Positions 50,492-62,912 of a stretch of DNA of 64,000 nt are shown here, piece after piece. The notes below the pieces were generated by a model that saw only the letters and a program-made list of their open reading frames with translations, had not been told where the DNA came from and made no database searches. The position numbers and the translations under genes are program-made. The stretch covers positions 106,456,001 through 106,520,000 of the forward strand of contig CM059432.1 of assembly GCA_030390025.1 (NCBI GenBank), in the 5' to 3' direction. The DNA comes from Squalus acanthias (Eukaryota). Numbering within the stretch: the first letter of the stretch is position 1; each line of letters begins with the position of its first letter.

Positions 50492-51735
50492 ATAAGAACA
50501 AATGAAATAGGAGCAGGAGTAGGCCATTTGGCCCTTCGAGCCTGCTCCACCATTCAGTAAGATCATGGCTGATCTTCTACCTCATCTCCACTTTCCTGCA
50601 CTATCCCCATATCCCTTGATTCCCTAAATATTCAAAAATCTATCGACGTCTGTCTTGAATATACTCAACGACTGAGGGTTGGATTTTGATACTGGGGCGG
50701 GTTGGGGTCGTGTCATCCACTTTTCGTGTTATCCACCCGACTGCAATTGGATGTGGGAGATTGATGCAATTTTAACCTAATTGGGCAATTGAGTTCCAGC
50801 ATGTGGGAACCCATGAACCAATTAGTGTTTTCAGTCTGAAAGTCGCCTCTGATGATGTCATCATTGCTACTGCATTGAAGGTCTTCAAAGACCCTGGCCT
50901 TTGCTGTGAGAGGATCTGGATGCAAAATGAGCAGCAGCAGTCCTAAGTCTGCTCCCAGATATTTTTACACCACCACTCCCAGATATGTCTCTTCCCCATC
51001 CATATATGCATCCATCCACATAGCCATCCATATATGCATCCCCATAGCCAGCCAGCCAGATGTGCTCCCGCCAGGTTTCACATTCGTGGTTCTGAACAGG
51101 TGTGCTTCACGTAGAAAAAGGGTTAAAATCACAAAAGCCTTTCAAAATGGCATTATAGAGGCAATTTAGTGCTTGTTAAGGGCCTTAACCGCCTATCCCG
51201 CCTCTTAGAGGCGGGACGGAGTCGGGACCAGCAGACACGATTTAATGAAAATTGCGTGGAGGCGGGATGGAGGCAGGCTTGTGCCCGCCCGCCAGTTTTC
51301 GCAACTTTAACCCCACACACGCCTCAACCCACCTCCACGGGTCAATGAAAATCCAGCCCTGAGTCTCCACAGCCCTCTGGGGTAGAGAATTCCAAAGATT
51401 CACCACCCTCTGAGTGAAGAAATTTCTCCTCATCTCAGTCCTAAATGGCCGACCCCTTATTCTGAGACCGTGACCCCCTGGTTCTAGACTCCTCAGCCAG
51501 GGGAAACATCCTCCCTGCATCTACCTTGTCAAGTCCTGTAAGAATTTTGTATGTTTCAATGAGATCACCTCTCATTCTTCTAAACTCTAGAGAATATAGG
51601 CCGAGTCTACTCAATCTCTCCTTCTGGGACAATCCCCCCATCCCAGGAACCAGTCTGGTGAACCTTTGTTGCACTCCCTCTATGGCAAGTATATCCTTCC
51701 ATAGGTAAGGAGACCAAAACTGTACACAGTACTCG
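50492..51735 (-). mobile_element. CR1/HER1 3' fragment interrupted by a MITE
   Basis: CR1 tail at 50492; sequence caacgactga|gtctccacagcc is split by 50676-51359. Confidence 0.9.
50676..51359. mobile_element. Harbinger-type MITE, copy 2
   Basis: TIRs GGGTTGGATTTT and AAAATCCAGCCC; clean 3-bp TSD TGA (50673-50675, 51360-51362). Confidence 0.9.
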
Positions 51736-54676
51736 GAACATCGGCCAGAAAGTGGACAAATGTGGACTTCAAATGAGAACATGATCCAGTTTAGCTACAG
51801 TCTGCTTAAAGTTGCTATTAGGACTCATATATAAACAATTGCCACTTGGACAAAGCACCAGATGGTGTCTGGCATAAATAGAACCATAACCATCCTCCAG
51901 CAGAAGTTGATGCCTTCTGGGCAGGGGATGGGGAGAAAATATTGATTTACTCTCGACAGGAAGTTTGGTATACTAGTTTAATTGAGGTCGGTATCTGAAC
52001 AAGTCAAAGATTGAAATTATGCTGTATAATCTGCAAGAACACTCATTCTTGTTAGTGAACCTGAAAGATGATTCATTAATAATATTTGCTTTCTGATGGG
52101 CTAATTTTATGCCCAAAATTAGAACATTTCATAATATTCGCTTCTCCCACATGTTCATTTCAATTGTTGGTGTCGACTGTTTCCAGCTTTTTACAATAGG
52201 TGCTTTTATTGCCCACTGGGGTATTTGGAGCAGCAATAGTACTGAGATAGTCAGTATTTGTAGACTGGTTACCTCAAGTAGCAGCAGCTCAAAGTGACAG
52301 TGGATCCTGTCTGAGGGTCCTCATTGATAACAGTACAGTTGCCGGTTTCCCATTTTTAATACAGTCCCCACCACGTGCATCGTCCATGCTTATCTATCCC
52401 GGGCAGCTGCCAATATTGGACAAATGACACTAACCATTTACCATTACCATTAAATTCAATTACAAAGGCATTGTAACACAGTGGGCCGGCATTTTGGGCA
52501 ATTCATTAAGCTTTTTGCACCTTGTTTAAGTGCTGTTAACTATTTACCTGAGTGTGTCTGAGCGCTGTCCACCTCTTTCTATCTGTTTTAATGCCCTAGG
52601 AAGAGTTGATTGAAGCTGCCTGAAGTCTCCACACTCCGACTGCTGTAATTAAGTGTGAACAGCTGATGGAGACTTACTACAGCTTCATTCGGCTGTTTGC
52701 TAAATGCAGGTGATCTGCTGGTTGGCTGGAGATCCACTTGGAACCCAAATTGTCTACCTACTTTCCCTGGGCTCAAAGATTTAAACATTGAGTGCCACAA
52801 AAATGGGGGGGAGGGAAACACACACACACACACACACACCCACCAACTTGCTCAACTACAGCTTACAATATCAGAATGGTTATTGTGCTGTTACAGAAGT
52901 ATTTCCATATGTTAGCATCGTCTGCTTCAGGTTGCTTCAAACTACAAAGTGCCAGAAATAATTTTGGCATCAAGTACAGTGAGAGGGGCTTCCATCTAGT
53001 AAATCATTAATTCCAATACAAGTTGTCAAGTGTAACATCTCACCAACCAACTTAGAATCATAGAATGGTTACAACACAGAAGGAGGCCTGTCGCGCCCGT
53101 GCCAGCTCTTTGCAAGAGCACTTCAGCTAGTCCCACTCCCCCGCCCTTTCCCCATAGCCCTGCAAATATTTTTCCTTCGGGTACTTATCCAACTCCCTTT
53201 TGAAAGCCACGATTGAGTCTGCCTCCACCACCCTTTCAGGCAGTACATTCCAGATCCTAACCACTCGCTGCGTAAAAAAGTTTTTCCTCATGTCGCCTTT
53301 GGTTCTTCTGCCAATCACCTTAAATCTGTGTCCTCTGGTTCTCTACCCTTCTGCCAATGGGAACAGTTTCTCTCTATCTACTCTGTCTAGACCCCTCATG
53401 ATTTTGAACACCTCTATCAAATCTCCTCTTGACCTTCTCTGCTCTAAGGAGAACAGCCCCAGCTTCTCCAGTCTATCCACGTAACTGAAGTCCCTCATCC
53501 CTGGAACCATTCTCGTAAATCTTTTCTACACCCTCTAAGGTCTTCACAACCTTCCTAAAACGTGGTACCCAGAATTGGACACAATACTCCAGTTGAGGCC
53601 AAACCAGTGTTTTATAAAGGTTCATCATAACTTCCTTGCTTTTGTACTCTGTCTCTTTATGAAGCCCAGGATTCCATATGCTTTTTTAACCACTTTCTCA
53701 ACCTGCCCTGCCACCTTCAACGATTTGTGCACATATACCCCCAGGTCTCTCTGTTCATGCACCTCCTTTAGAATTGTACCCTTTAGTTTATATTGCCTCT
53801 CCTCGTTCTTCCGACCAAAATATATCACTTCACACTTTTCTATGTTAAACTTCATCTGCCACGTGTCTGCCCATTTCACCAGCCTGTCTATGTCGTCTTG
53901 AAGTCTATCACTATCCTCCTCTCTGTTCACTATACTTTCAAGTTTTATGTCATCTGCAAATTTTGAAATTCTGCCCTGTACACCCAAGTTCAAGTCATTA
54001 ATATATATCAAGAAAAGCAGTGGTCCAAGTACCGAGCCCTGGGGAACACCACTGTGTACCTTCCTCCAGTCTGAAAAACAACCGTTCACCACTACTCTCT
54101 GTTTCCTGTCACTTAGTCAATTTCGTATCCATGCTGCCACTCTTTTATTCCATGGGCTTCAACTTTGCTGGCAAGCCTATTATGTGGCACTTTATCAAAC
54201 ATCTTTTGGAAGTCCATGTACACCACATCATCCGCATTGCCCTCATCAACCCTCTCTGTTACCTCATCAAAAAACTCAGATCAAGTTGTTTAACACGATT
54301 TGCCTTTAACAGATCCGTGCTGGCTTTCCTTAATTAATCCACACTTGTCCAAGTGACTGTTAACTTTGTCCCTGATTATCATTTCTAAAAGCTTCCCCAC
54401 TACTGAGATTAAACTGACTGGCCTGTAGTTGCTGGGTTTATCTTTACACCCTTTTTTGAACAAGGGTGTAACATTTGCAATTCTCTGGCACCACCCCCGT
54501 ATTTAAGGAAGACTGGAAGATTATGGCCAGTACCTCCGCGATTTCCTCCTTAACCTCCCTCAGCATCCTAGGATGCATCCCATCCGGTCCTGGTGACTTA
54601 TCAACTTTAAGTACAGACAGCATTTCTAGTACCTCCTCTTTATCAATTTTTATCTCGTCCAGTATCTCCACTACCT

Positions 54677-54809
54677 ACAAAAGCAAAATACTGCGGATGC
54701 TGGAAATCTGAAATAAAAACAGAAAATGCTGGAAATACTCAGCAGGTCAGGCAGCATCTGTGGAGAGAGAAACAGAGTTAACGTTTCAGGTCGATGACCC
54801 TTCGACCCT
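54677..54809 (-). mobile_element. 133-bp Penelope terminal-repeat insertion with 12-bp TSD
   Basis: TSD TCTCCACTACCT at 54665-54676 and 54810-54821; nearly identical to 34569-34696. Confidence 0.9.
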
Positions 54810-55167
54810 TCTCCACTACCTCCTCTTTTACTATGACTCTGGCAGCATCATCTTCCTTGGTGAAGACAGATGCAAAGTACTCATTTAGTAACTCAGCCAT
54901 GCCCTCTGCCTTCATGCTAGGTCTCCTTTTTGGTCCCTAATCGGCCCCACCCCTCCTCTTATTACCCGTTTTTTATTTACATGCCTATAGAAGACTTTTG
55001 AATTCCCTTTTATGTTAGCTGCCAATCTATTCTCATACTCTCTCTTTGCCCCTCTTATTTTCTTTTTCACTTCCCCTCTGAACTTTCTATATTCAGCCTG
55101 ATTCTCACTTGTATTCTCAACCTGACATCTGTCATACACCCCCTTTTTCTGCTTCATCTTACCATCT

Positions 55168-56950
55168 GGGGGGAGTTTTTCTGGGGCTCAGCGGGCACGT
55201 TTGATGGCGGGTCGGGTGGGAAATGTTTATTTTTCTGACAGTGGGTCAGGAACCCGCTGTCAACCCGCCGCCACGCTACTTTCCCTGATGTCGGGTCTGT
55301 CAGGGCTGAACAGACCCAACACGCAGCAGCGGGGGAGGCAATTTAGGTCATTATGACCTTGTTAATAGCCCATCAAACAGTATTTTGAGCTCACCTTACC
55401 ATTTTACGAGGTCGCCCACAGGGTACACGCTGCTCGGAGATCACGTCAGGTAAGGAGGTCGGGAGTTGAATCAGCATGGGATCATCTCATTACTTGACAG
55501 CTGCAAATGTGCTATAAAAGCTCCCATCTCCACAGCTGTTCACTTTCCTAGCTCAGAAGCTGTTGCTTACTGCATTTGGAAGATAGATTGAACTTTGTGC
55601 AGGTTTCAAGTGTTTGGAGCAAACTCTCGATCCAGTGTCACCTCACTGGAACAACCTCTCTCACGATTGACAGATTGCTTCTGTCATCTCAACCTCACCT
55701 GCCATCTATCACATCAGCATCAGTGCCGTTGAAACAATCTCACCTTGGTCCTCAGAATCCCACCACAATAAGCCCCAACACCAGCAGCACCAGGCACACC
55801 AGCAGCACCAACAACAATACCGACAACCTTCTCCGCAATCAACTGATGCTACACAGGGCATCAGCACCCTACCACATTGCTGCCTGGGACGCCAGGGATG
55901 GCCTCACCAAAGCCAGATTTACTTCACTTGATGCTGTACACCCTGGCTGCCACATGATGCGCCAGGTTGGCACCACCCCACACCAACACCATAAAGCATC
56001 CCTACAGTACCCAAGCCATTCCTTTCACACTCATCACCATTGGGGGGGGGGGTACCGTTATGTCTCACCATTCACAGCAACTCACTAAGCCACTTCCAAA
56101 GGTACACACAAATCTGTCCAAGAACGCAGTGTTGAAAATAAAGGTTCCAATGTTTGACACCACCATTAACAGAAACTTTACCTGAACATTGGCTAAAACA
56201 TCCAAGTGCCTACCCTTGTGTGTTAGTTGGTATGATTGGACTAGGATGAGGGTAAGTGTGAGGGGTGGCTAGTGAGATGGGGAAGTGATAATGTAGATAG
56301 AGGGGGATGGGTGGAGGTGCAAGGTATGTTGGTGTGAGTAAAGATGTGCAGGAGTAGGTTGGGGAAGGCAGAGTGATGGGGATGTGATGTGCGGCACAGT
56401 AGGATGAGGTTGAGTGTGGCTTTGCAGTAACGTTTCGTGATCTACTGAGATCATTGAAAGGTTTGCGCCACTGCAGCCAGGTCCTCCTGACGACATCCCT
56501 GCTTGTGCCCTCCTGTACAATGTACAACCAGGCTGTGTTGGTGTCCCGGGGAGGTCTCTTCCGCCCATGGGAAGGGAAGAGAACCTCCCTGCATGCTGTG
56601 ACTCCCTCCATAAGCATATGGAGGGAGGCATGGGAGAGCCTGGGTGCAGCCGTCCACCTTTGTGCAGTGCTTGTCAGTGTTTGCAGCACCTCAATGCTGT
56701 AGAACACTGACAGCACAACTGTCAAAATCAATTTGCGCATGGTCCCTTTAAGGAAACCGGCTGATGACACATCATCAAATGACGTTATCAGACCCGCTTC
56801 CTTCAATTGGCTGGCAAACCCACTGGGTGGGCTTAACAAGCCCAGTCAATGTAAAATCATTCTACAGGGCGGGCTGGAGCCGGCAGCGGGGTCAGGAGCC
56901 GCCACTGACGTCGCCCGCCCCGGACCCGCCAAGGTAGTGGAAATCACGCC
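55168..56950 (-). mobile_element. Non-autonomous PIF/Harbinger-like element with open Myb/SANT-like domain, copy 2
   Basis: TSD TCT on both sides; degenerate TIRs; minus-strand frame AAPRLSHASLHMLMEGVTACREVLFPSHGRKRPPRDTNTAWLYIVQEGTSRDVVRRTWLQWRKPFNDL at about 56430-56665. Confidence 0.82.
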
Positions 56951-59691
56951 TCTATCTCTTTCGTCATCTAGGGAGCTCTGGCTTTAGTTGCCCCACCTTT
57001 CCCCCTCGTGGGAATGTACCTCGACTGTACCCGAACCATCTCCTCTTTAAAGGCAGCCTATTGTTCGATTACAGTTTTGCCTGCAAATCTTTGGTTCCAA
57101 TTTACCTGGGCCAGATCCGTTCTCAACCCACTGAAATTTGCCTTCCTCCAATTAAGTATTTTTACTCTAGATTGCTTCCTGTCCTTTTCCATAGCTAATC
57201 TAAACCTTATGGTACTATGATCACTGTTTCCTAAATGTTCTCCGACTGACAATTGCTCCACTTGACCCACTTTATTCCCCAGAACCAGATCCAGCAATGC
57301 CTCCTTCCTCGTTGGGCCGGAAACGTACTGATCAAGAAAGTTCTCTGAACACACTTCAGAAATTCTTCCCCCTCTCTGCCCTTTACACTATTACTATCCC
57401 AGTCTATATTAGGATAGTTGAAGTCCCCCATTATTACTACTCTATAGTTCTTGCACCTCTCTGTAATTTCCCTGCAAATTTGCTCCTCTATATCTTTCCC
57501 ACTATTTAGTGGTCTATAGAATACACCTAGTAGTGTAATGGCACCTCTATTATTTCTTAACTCTAACCAAATAGATTCTGTTCTTGACCCCTCCAGGACA
57601 TCCTCCCTCTCCAGCACTCTAACATTCTCCTTAACCAATACTGCCACCCCACCTCCTTTCTTTCTTTCCCTATCTTTCCTGAACACCTTATATCCAGGAA
57701 TATTTAATACTCAATCCTGCCCTTTTTTGAGCCAGGTCTCCGTTATCGTCACAACATCATATTCCCATGTGGGTATTTGCGCCTGTAGCTCACCAACCTT
57801 ATTTACCACGCTTTGTGCATTTACACACATACACTGTAAACCTGTCTTAGACCTTCTTGTATTGTCTCTTAGTCTGACCCCACCTAATACCGTACTATTT
57901 CTTACTCTAGTGCTATCTGTCTCTCCCAATCCTTTGTGCACTTCACAAGAAACATTCCTGTTTTTGTTGCCTTTTTAGTTGTGTGGTACATCTTTTAGGT
58001 GTCACAATTTAATCATCACTAAAATTGAAGAGATTTTTTTGGATGAAGTCAAATTAATGTTCCATATATTGCCCATGGATAAAATTTAAAAATGAGTTGA
58101 ATATTTAACTTTTAAAATCTTGAATTATGAATTTTAAGATCAACCAACGCCTTTTTAAAAATAAATGTTTGTTTCCCCCTCTCCCTCTCCTTGCTCCTCT
58201 AACCATCCTGTTCAGTTGTGTCACAATCATCCTGTTGTGTTCCCTGTATTTATTTTTGGCACAGCCTTTTAAATCCATCTTTCAGTGAGACTCTCCTAAA
58301 GAAAAGACTGATCAACATGTGTATTATCACAGTATCTGTCCTACAGTCGCTCTCTTGTTTGTTTTGTCTGAATCTGTAACCTAGAAAGAACTCTGTGCTC
58401 AATGTAAGTGAGCCTAATAATGAACGAAGCCAACATTCTTTAAGCCTAAACTTGGATGTGCTTTTAAAAATAAAAAAAAAAATCTCTCCAGGATACTCTG
58501 AATGACTTTGCGGTAAAGACACTGCCTGTGCTATATGGATTAGAACGGTCTCAAGTTTGATCCTTGGTCTCTGCTAATTTAGCTGATCTCTGCCAGGGCA
58601 GTGATAGGACCTCAACAATTGTCTACAGTGCTCTGTGGGTTAACAATGGGGGAAAGTCAGTCAGGGCTCCCTCCCCTGACCACATTAACAGCACCCCATG
58701 GTGGAACTGCACATGTTGATGTCAGGTGAGGACAAGATTGAGCTGTACTGTGATGCTCTCCAAGGTTGAATAACCTACTGACATTCACAATCATGGCTAA
58801 CACATGAATAATGGCCACGTAGGTGAGGTACGAATGAGTGAATGCCACCTCTGGACTGTACCTGAGCAGGCCTTCAGGAGATAAAGGGAGGTGCAAAATT
58901 GGGGTTGGGAAAGATGTAAAGTGCAAATGCATTGAAACAAAGGCCACTGGATGATATGCAATTTCCTGTGTTTAAAGGTAATTGAGTGGAGGATAACTAC
59001 ATAAAATAACGTTATTAAAATTAGCTTGTACTGTTACAGAATTCTTTGGCTCTGGTGCAGACGTTGAATATTGAAGTAAATGATGCCCAACTGTAATGGA
59101 AAAATAGCTGTTTAAAGAAACTGCTATAGCAGATTTTATTTTTTCTCTGCTTCCAAGCAGACCCAAGCTTCTGTGTGGTCTACAGAGACTTGTATCTAAA
59201 ATGAATTGTGTTTATCCATATCGCTGCTTCTAAGTGGATAGTTCCAATGGTGAAGACCTTCCAGTACTTCTCCCAGCAGCCATTCTTCACAATCTTGGAC
59301 AGGTTCTGTCATCGGGCCATTCAACTGTGCAGACCTTTGCAGCCAGTGTCATCCTGTTGATATGTGCACTTCCACTGGAATCTCTGGATGCAGTCTGGCA
59401 TGGAGATTTTGGCTGTACTTATCTTCCTTAGTTTGAAGATGCTGGTACCAATATTAATCCTTCTGGGAGACTCTTTGGTGCTCTTGCACAGTAACCAATT
59501 GTCAGCTTTTTGAACAATGGCGAGTTTTCCTGCCCCACCCCTATTTGTGCCGCTTGCTTGGCATCTAAAATAGTTTTTCTGCCTCTGACTGACTCCCATG
59601 CATAGAGTGGATTTTGGTGCGGAAATTGTATTTAGATCTGTTTTTCAGTTGTATGTTGTTTTGAGTTTGGTAGGTTGGCCTGTATGCACTT

Positions 59692-59900
59692 AGGAAGATA
59701 GGAACCAGAGTAGGCTATTCAGCCCCTCAAGCCTGTTCTGCCATTCAATAAGATCATAGCTGATCTGTATCTTAACTCCCTCCACCTGCCTTGGCTCCAT
59801 ATCCCTTTATACCTTTGGCTAGCAATCTATTGATCTCAGATTTAAAATGATTAATTGAGCTAATTAACATCATCTGCTTTTTGTGGGAGAGTGTTCCACA
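59692..59900 (-). mobile_element. Degenerate CR1 3' end
   Basis: gataggaaccagagtaggctattcagcccctcaagcctg...ccattcaataagatcat tail similarity. Confidence 0.7.
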
Positions 59901-60832
59901 CTTTTTTCATTTGCAATATTACCCCATCTGTTTTTAAAGGGCCCACATTACCCTAGACTGCCCTTTTTTCTTCTAATATCATTGTAAAATCTGTTTGTGT
60001 TAATCTTGATATCCCTCAAGTTTCTTTTTGTATTCTGTTTTGCAGCTGTTACTATCTTTTTTGTCCTCCTTTGCTGCTCTTTATATCTCTCCCAGTCCTC
60101 TGGATTTACACTATTGTTTGCACTTTTATATGCTCTTCCCTTTAGTTTTGTGTTCTCGCATCTCTTTTGTCATCCATGGCTGTTTTATTTGGTAAGTCGA
60201 GCTCTTGCCCCTTCGGGGTATTTACTGGTGCTGTATGAAGCTAAACACCCCCCACTGCTCATCTGTAGTTTTACCGGTAACAGTTTTGACCAGTTTGCTG
60301 TCGTCAGTCTCTGTCTCACCCCATTAAAGTTAGCCTTACTAAAGTCTAGAATCTTAGTAACTGTGTTAAGGTTCTCCTGAAGCTAATTCTGGCTCAATAC
60401 TCGGCCTGCCCTCTTCTCTTGTTGGTTCTATAACATATTGCTCAAGAAAACTATTTTGAATGCACTCAAAATTCACCACCTTTCTGACTTAATTAACACT
60501 CACTGGTATTTTCTCTGCAGCAATCTTCGCAAACACACAAATGTTTAAAAGCAAAGTATTTATGGATTCATTAAAAGTAACACAGGAAAATATCCGGGAC
60601 TATCTGTCTCACTTCTGGAAGCTGGATTTGAATCTGCCTTGGACTAGTTGTTAGTCATCGTTCTGTCCCAGTTGCTATGTTCCTGTAGAAGATAAGTTTG
60701 AGCTGCCTGATCCCAGTTTGTAGTTTTTGAAAACTCGAAGTACACAACTGCCTATATTCCTGTATTAATTTGCAGTCTCCCAGGAGGTGGTTTGGACATC
60801 TGAATGGGAAGGGAGAAATCTTGGACTGCTTT

Positions 60833-61184
60833 AATCACAGAATCCCCACAATGCAGATAGAGGCCATTTCGGCCCATCGAGCCTGCACCGACACATATCC
60901 CACCCTATCACCGTAACCCCACGTATTTAATCCCCCCTAACACATCCCACCATATCCCCGTAACCCCACGTATTAATCCCCCCTAACACTAAGGGTCAAT
61001 TTATCATAGCCAAATCAACCTAACCCGCACATCTTTGGACTGGGGGAGGAAACCGGAGCACCCGGAGGAAACCCACGCAGACACGGGGAGAATGTGCAAA
61101 CTCCACACAGACAGTCACCCGAGGCCGGATTCGAACCCGGGTCCCTGGCGCTGTGAGGCAACAGTGCTAACCACTATGCCACCG
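60833..61184 (-). mobile_element. HE1-type V-SINE (tRNA-derived)
   Basis: Minus strand: A box GGTGGCATAGTGG, B box GGTTCGAATCC, V domain TGTGTGGAGTTTGCACATTCTCCCCGTGTCTGCGTGGGTTTCCTCCGGGTGCTCCGGTTTCCTCCC, CR1-like tail; internal duplication of ccgtaaccccacgtatt(t)aatcccccctaacac. Confidence 0.9.
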
Positions 61185-61705
61185 ATACACTTCTGAATTT
61201 TGGTTTAAGGCATATAGTTGCGACAGAATCAGAGGGGTTTTAGTCTGCATATTACTGTGCTATATCTAATTTAGGAATATTTGTTGACACTAGTAAATAG
61301 CTCCATTTCCTAGAACTAACATTCCTCATCCTGACCAGATGAATTTTTTTTTTAAACTGCATATTAATACCTTGTATATAACTTTGCCAGTGAATGAATT
61401 AAAAGTTCACAGTATAAATACAAGCAAGCTATTAAGCATATTCTAGTTCTAATTTGGAACTTCTACAAGTAAACAAATGTGAATAATAAATACCTAGAGA
61501 TTACATGCCAGCTGATGTTGCACTTTGCTGTCCGATCAGACAGTGGGTTTAGTAGTAAATTGTTATTGGAGGTTTACTTTAATGACTCCTCTCAAGTAGA
61601 AAATTAGAACATGATATTCTGTCCTTGCAGAAACTGTACTAAGTATTAAACTTCACAAAGTATTGTATTGACACTTGGTGCTAATTGTTTCTCTCTCAAT
61701 TTTAG

Positions 61706-61834
61706 GTTCGGCAGTTTGTCGTTTCTGTGAATGGTCTGAATGTTCTTCATGTAGATTATAGAACTGTCAGCAATCTCATTCTCACTGGTCAACGTACCAT
61801 AGTAATGGAAATCATGGAGGAAATTAACTTCTGA
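61706..61834 (+). CDS. DEPTOR: DEPTOR terminal coding exon 9 (PDZ domain C-terminal half and stop)
   Basis: ttttag| acceptor; encodes VRQFVVSVNGLNVLHVDYRTVSNLILTGQRTIVMEIMEEINF then TGA at 61832-61834. Confidence 0.97.
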   Translation, partial: VRQFVVSVNGLNVLHVDYRTVSNLILTGQRTIVMEIMEEINF

Positions 61835-62912
61835 ATAGGAAATGGTCATTTGGAAGCATTCTACCAATCATGCAGTGGCACTGGACGATCAAAGTGAAAT
61901 TGGAAACACAGACCTGCTCCTGTGTACACCGGAATAAGGGAACGTACAACATAGCTCTTTGCTTCAGGAGTGAAATATTGACTTGTTTATATAAACTTTA
62001 ATTTGTTTAGAACTGCCTCACTGTCCGAATGTTTAAGGTTTTCTTGACACTGGAACTAGGATGTGCTTTTTATGAGCTGCCTGGTATGTGCATTATGTGT
62101 AGTAATGCATCAGACACTTGAACGTAGAAAATGACTTCTGTCCTGTTGGTGCATGTTTTTTTACCCTACACATTTTTATGTCTGTAAATGGGCATCTCCC
62201 ATTGTTCACAATGGGGTGTAGGGTGTAATTAGATTAGTTTTATTATAAATGTGGAAGAAATACCTCAACCCTTGAACAACTAGATTCCTGTTAACACTTT
62301 GGGAACCAAAAAATATTTGCTATCACCCCTGCCCCCCACACAGTTTTATATTCCTTCAACTAAATTAAATAAATATGCTCAAAATACTTGTGTGTAAAAT
62401 GTCCCAAGAGGCAATTGAGCATTTACAAACGTGGCTCTCGTCTGGAGAATGGCGTCTTCGAAAATGATGGGACAAGGCTCCCGAAAATTAGAATTGCTAC
62501 TGTACAAAATGGTACCTAATGCAAAAGAAAGATTTTATGTTGTTTCTAAAGAAAAGGCAAAATGTGCTGCTCTAAGTTGCAAAGCCCTAGGTGATAAATC
62601 TTCAGTTTCCTACACCTGCCACTTTGCTGTATTGAAAACCATATTAAGATGTCATTTCAATTTTTGGGGAATAATAGTTGTTCAGCAAAGTATTTTCTTT
62701 AGAAGGATTCAGGTCACCACTGTAAATGTATTCTGGGTACATTTCTCCAATTTCCTTATGAACAGGACATGAGTAACAGAAAATGTTAATGTACACTGTT
62801 GAGAGTAGAAATGAAACTCCTGGAATGTTGGTATCAAGAAGCCAAAGTTTACTGATCATTCTACTCATTGGAAAGATGGAGTGAATGTTAGGACAGTGGA
62901 TTGTTTAATAAA
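61835..62912 (+). other. DEPTOR: Probable DEPTOR 3' UTR with candidate polyadenylation signals
   Basis: AT-rich, apparently repeat-free sequence after the stop codon; AATAAA at 62368-62373 and 62907-62912. The true 3' end cannot be fixed from sequence and may lie further downstream. Confidence 0.55.

Larger units (their letters stand above)
53053..57940 (-). mobile_element. Long CR1 LINE (APE plus RT, second tail type) with two nested insertions
   Basis: APE CMCVNAQS...[41 protein letters not shown]; tail ttagaatcatagaat; interrupted at 54677-54809 and 55168-56950. Confidence 0.92.
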
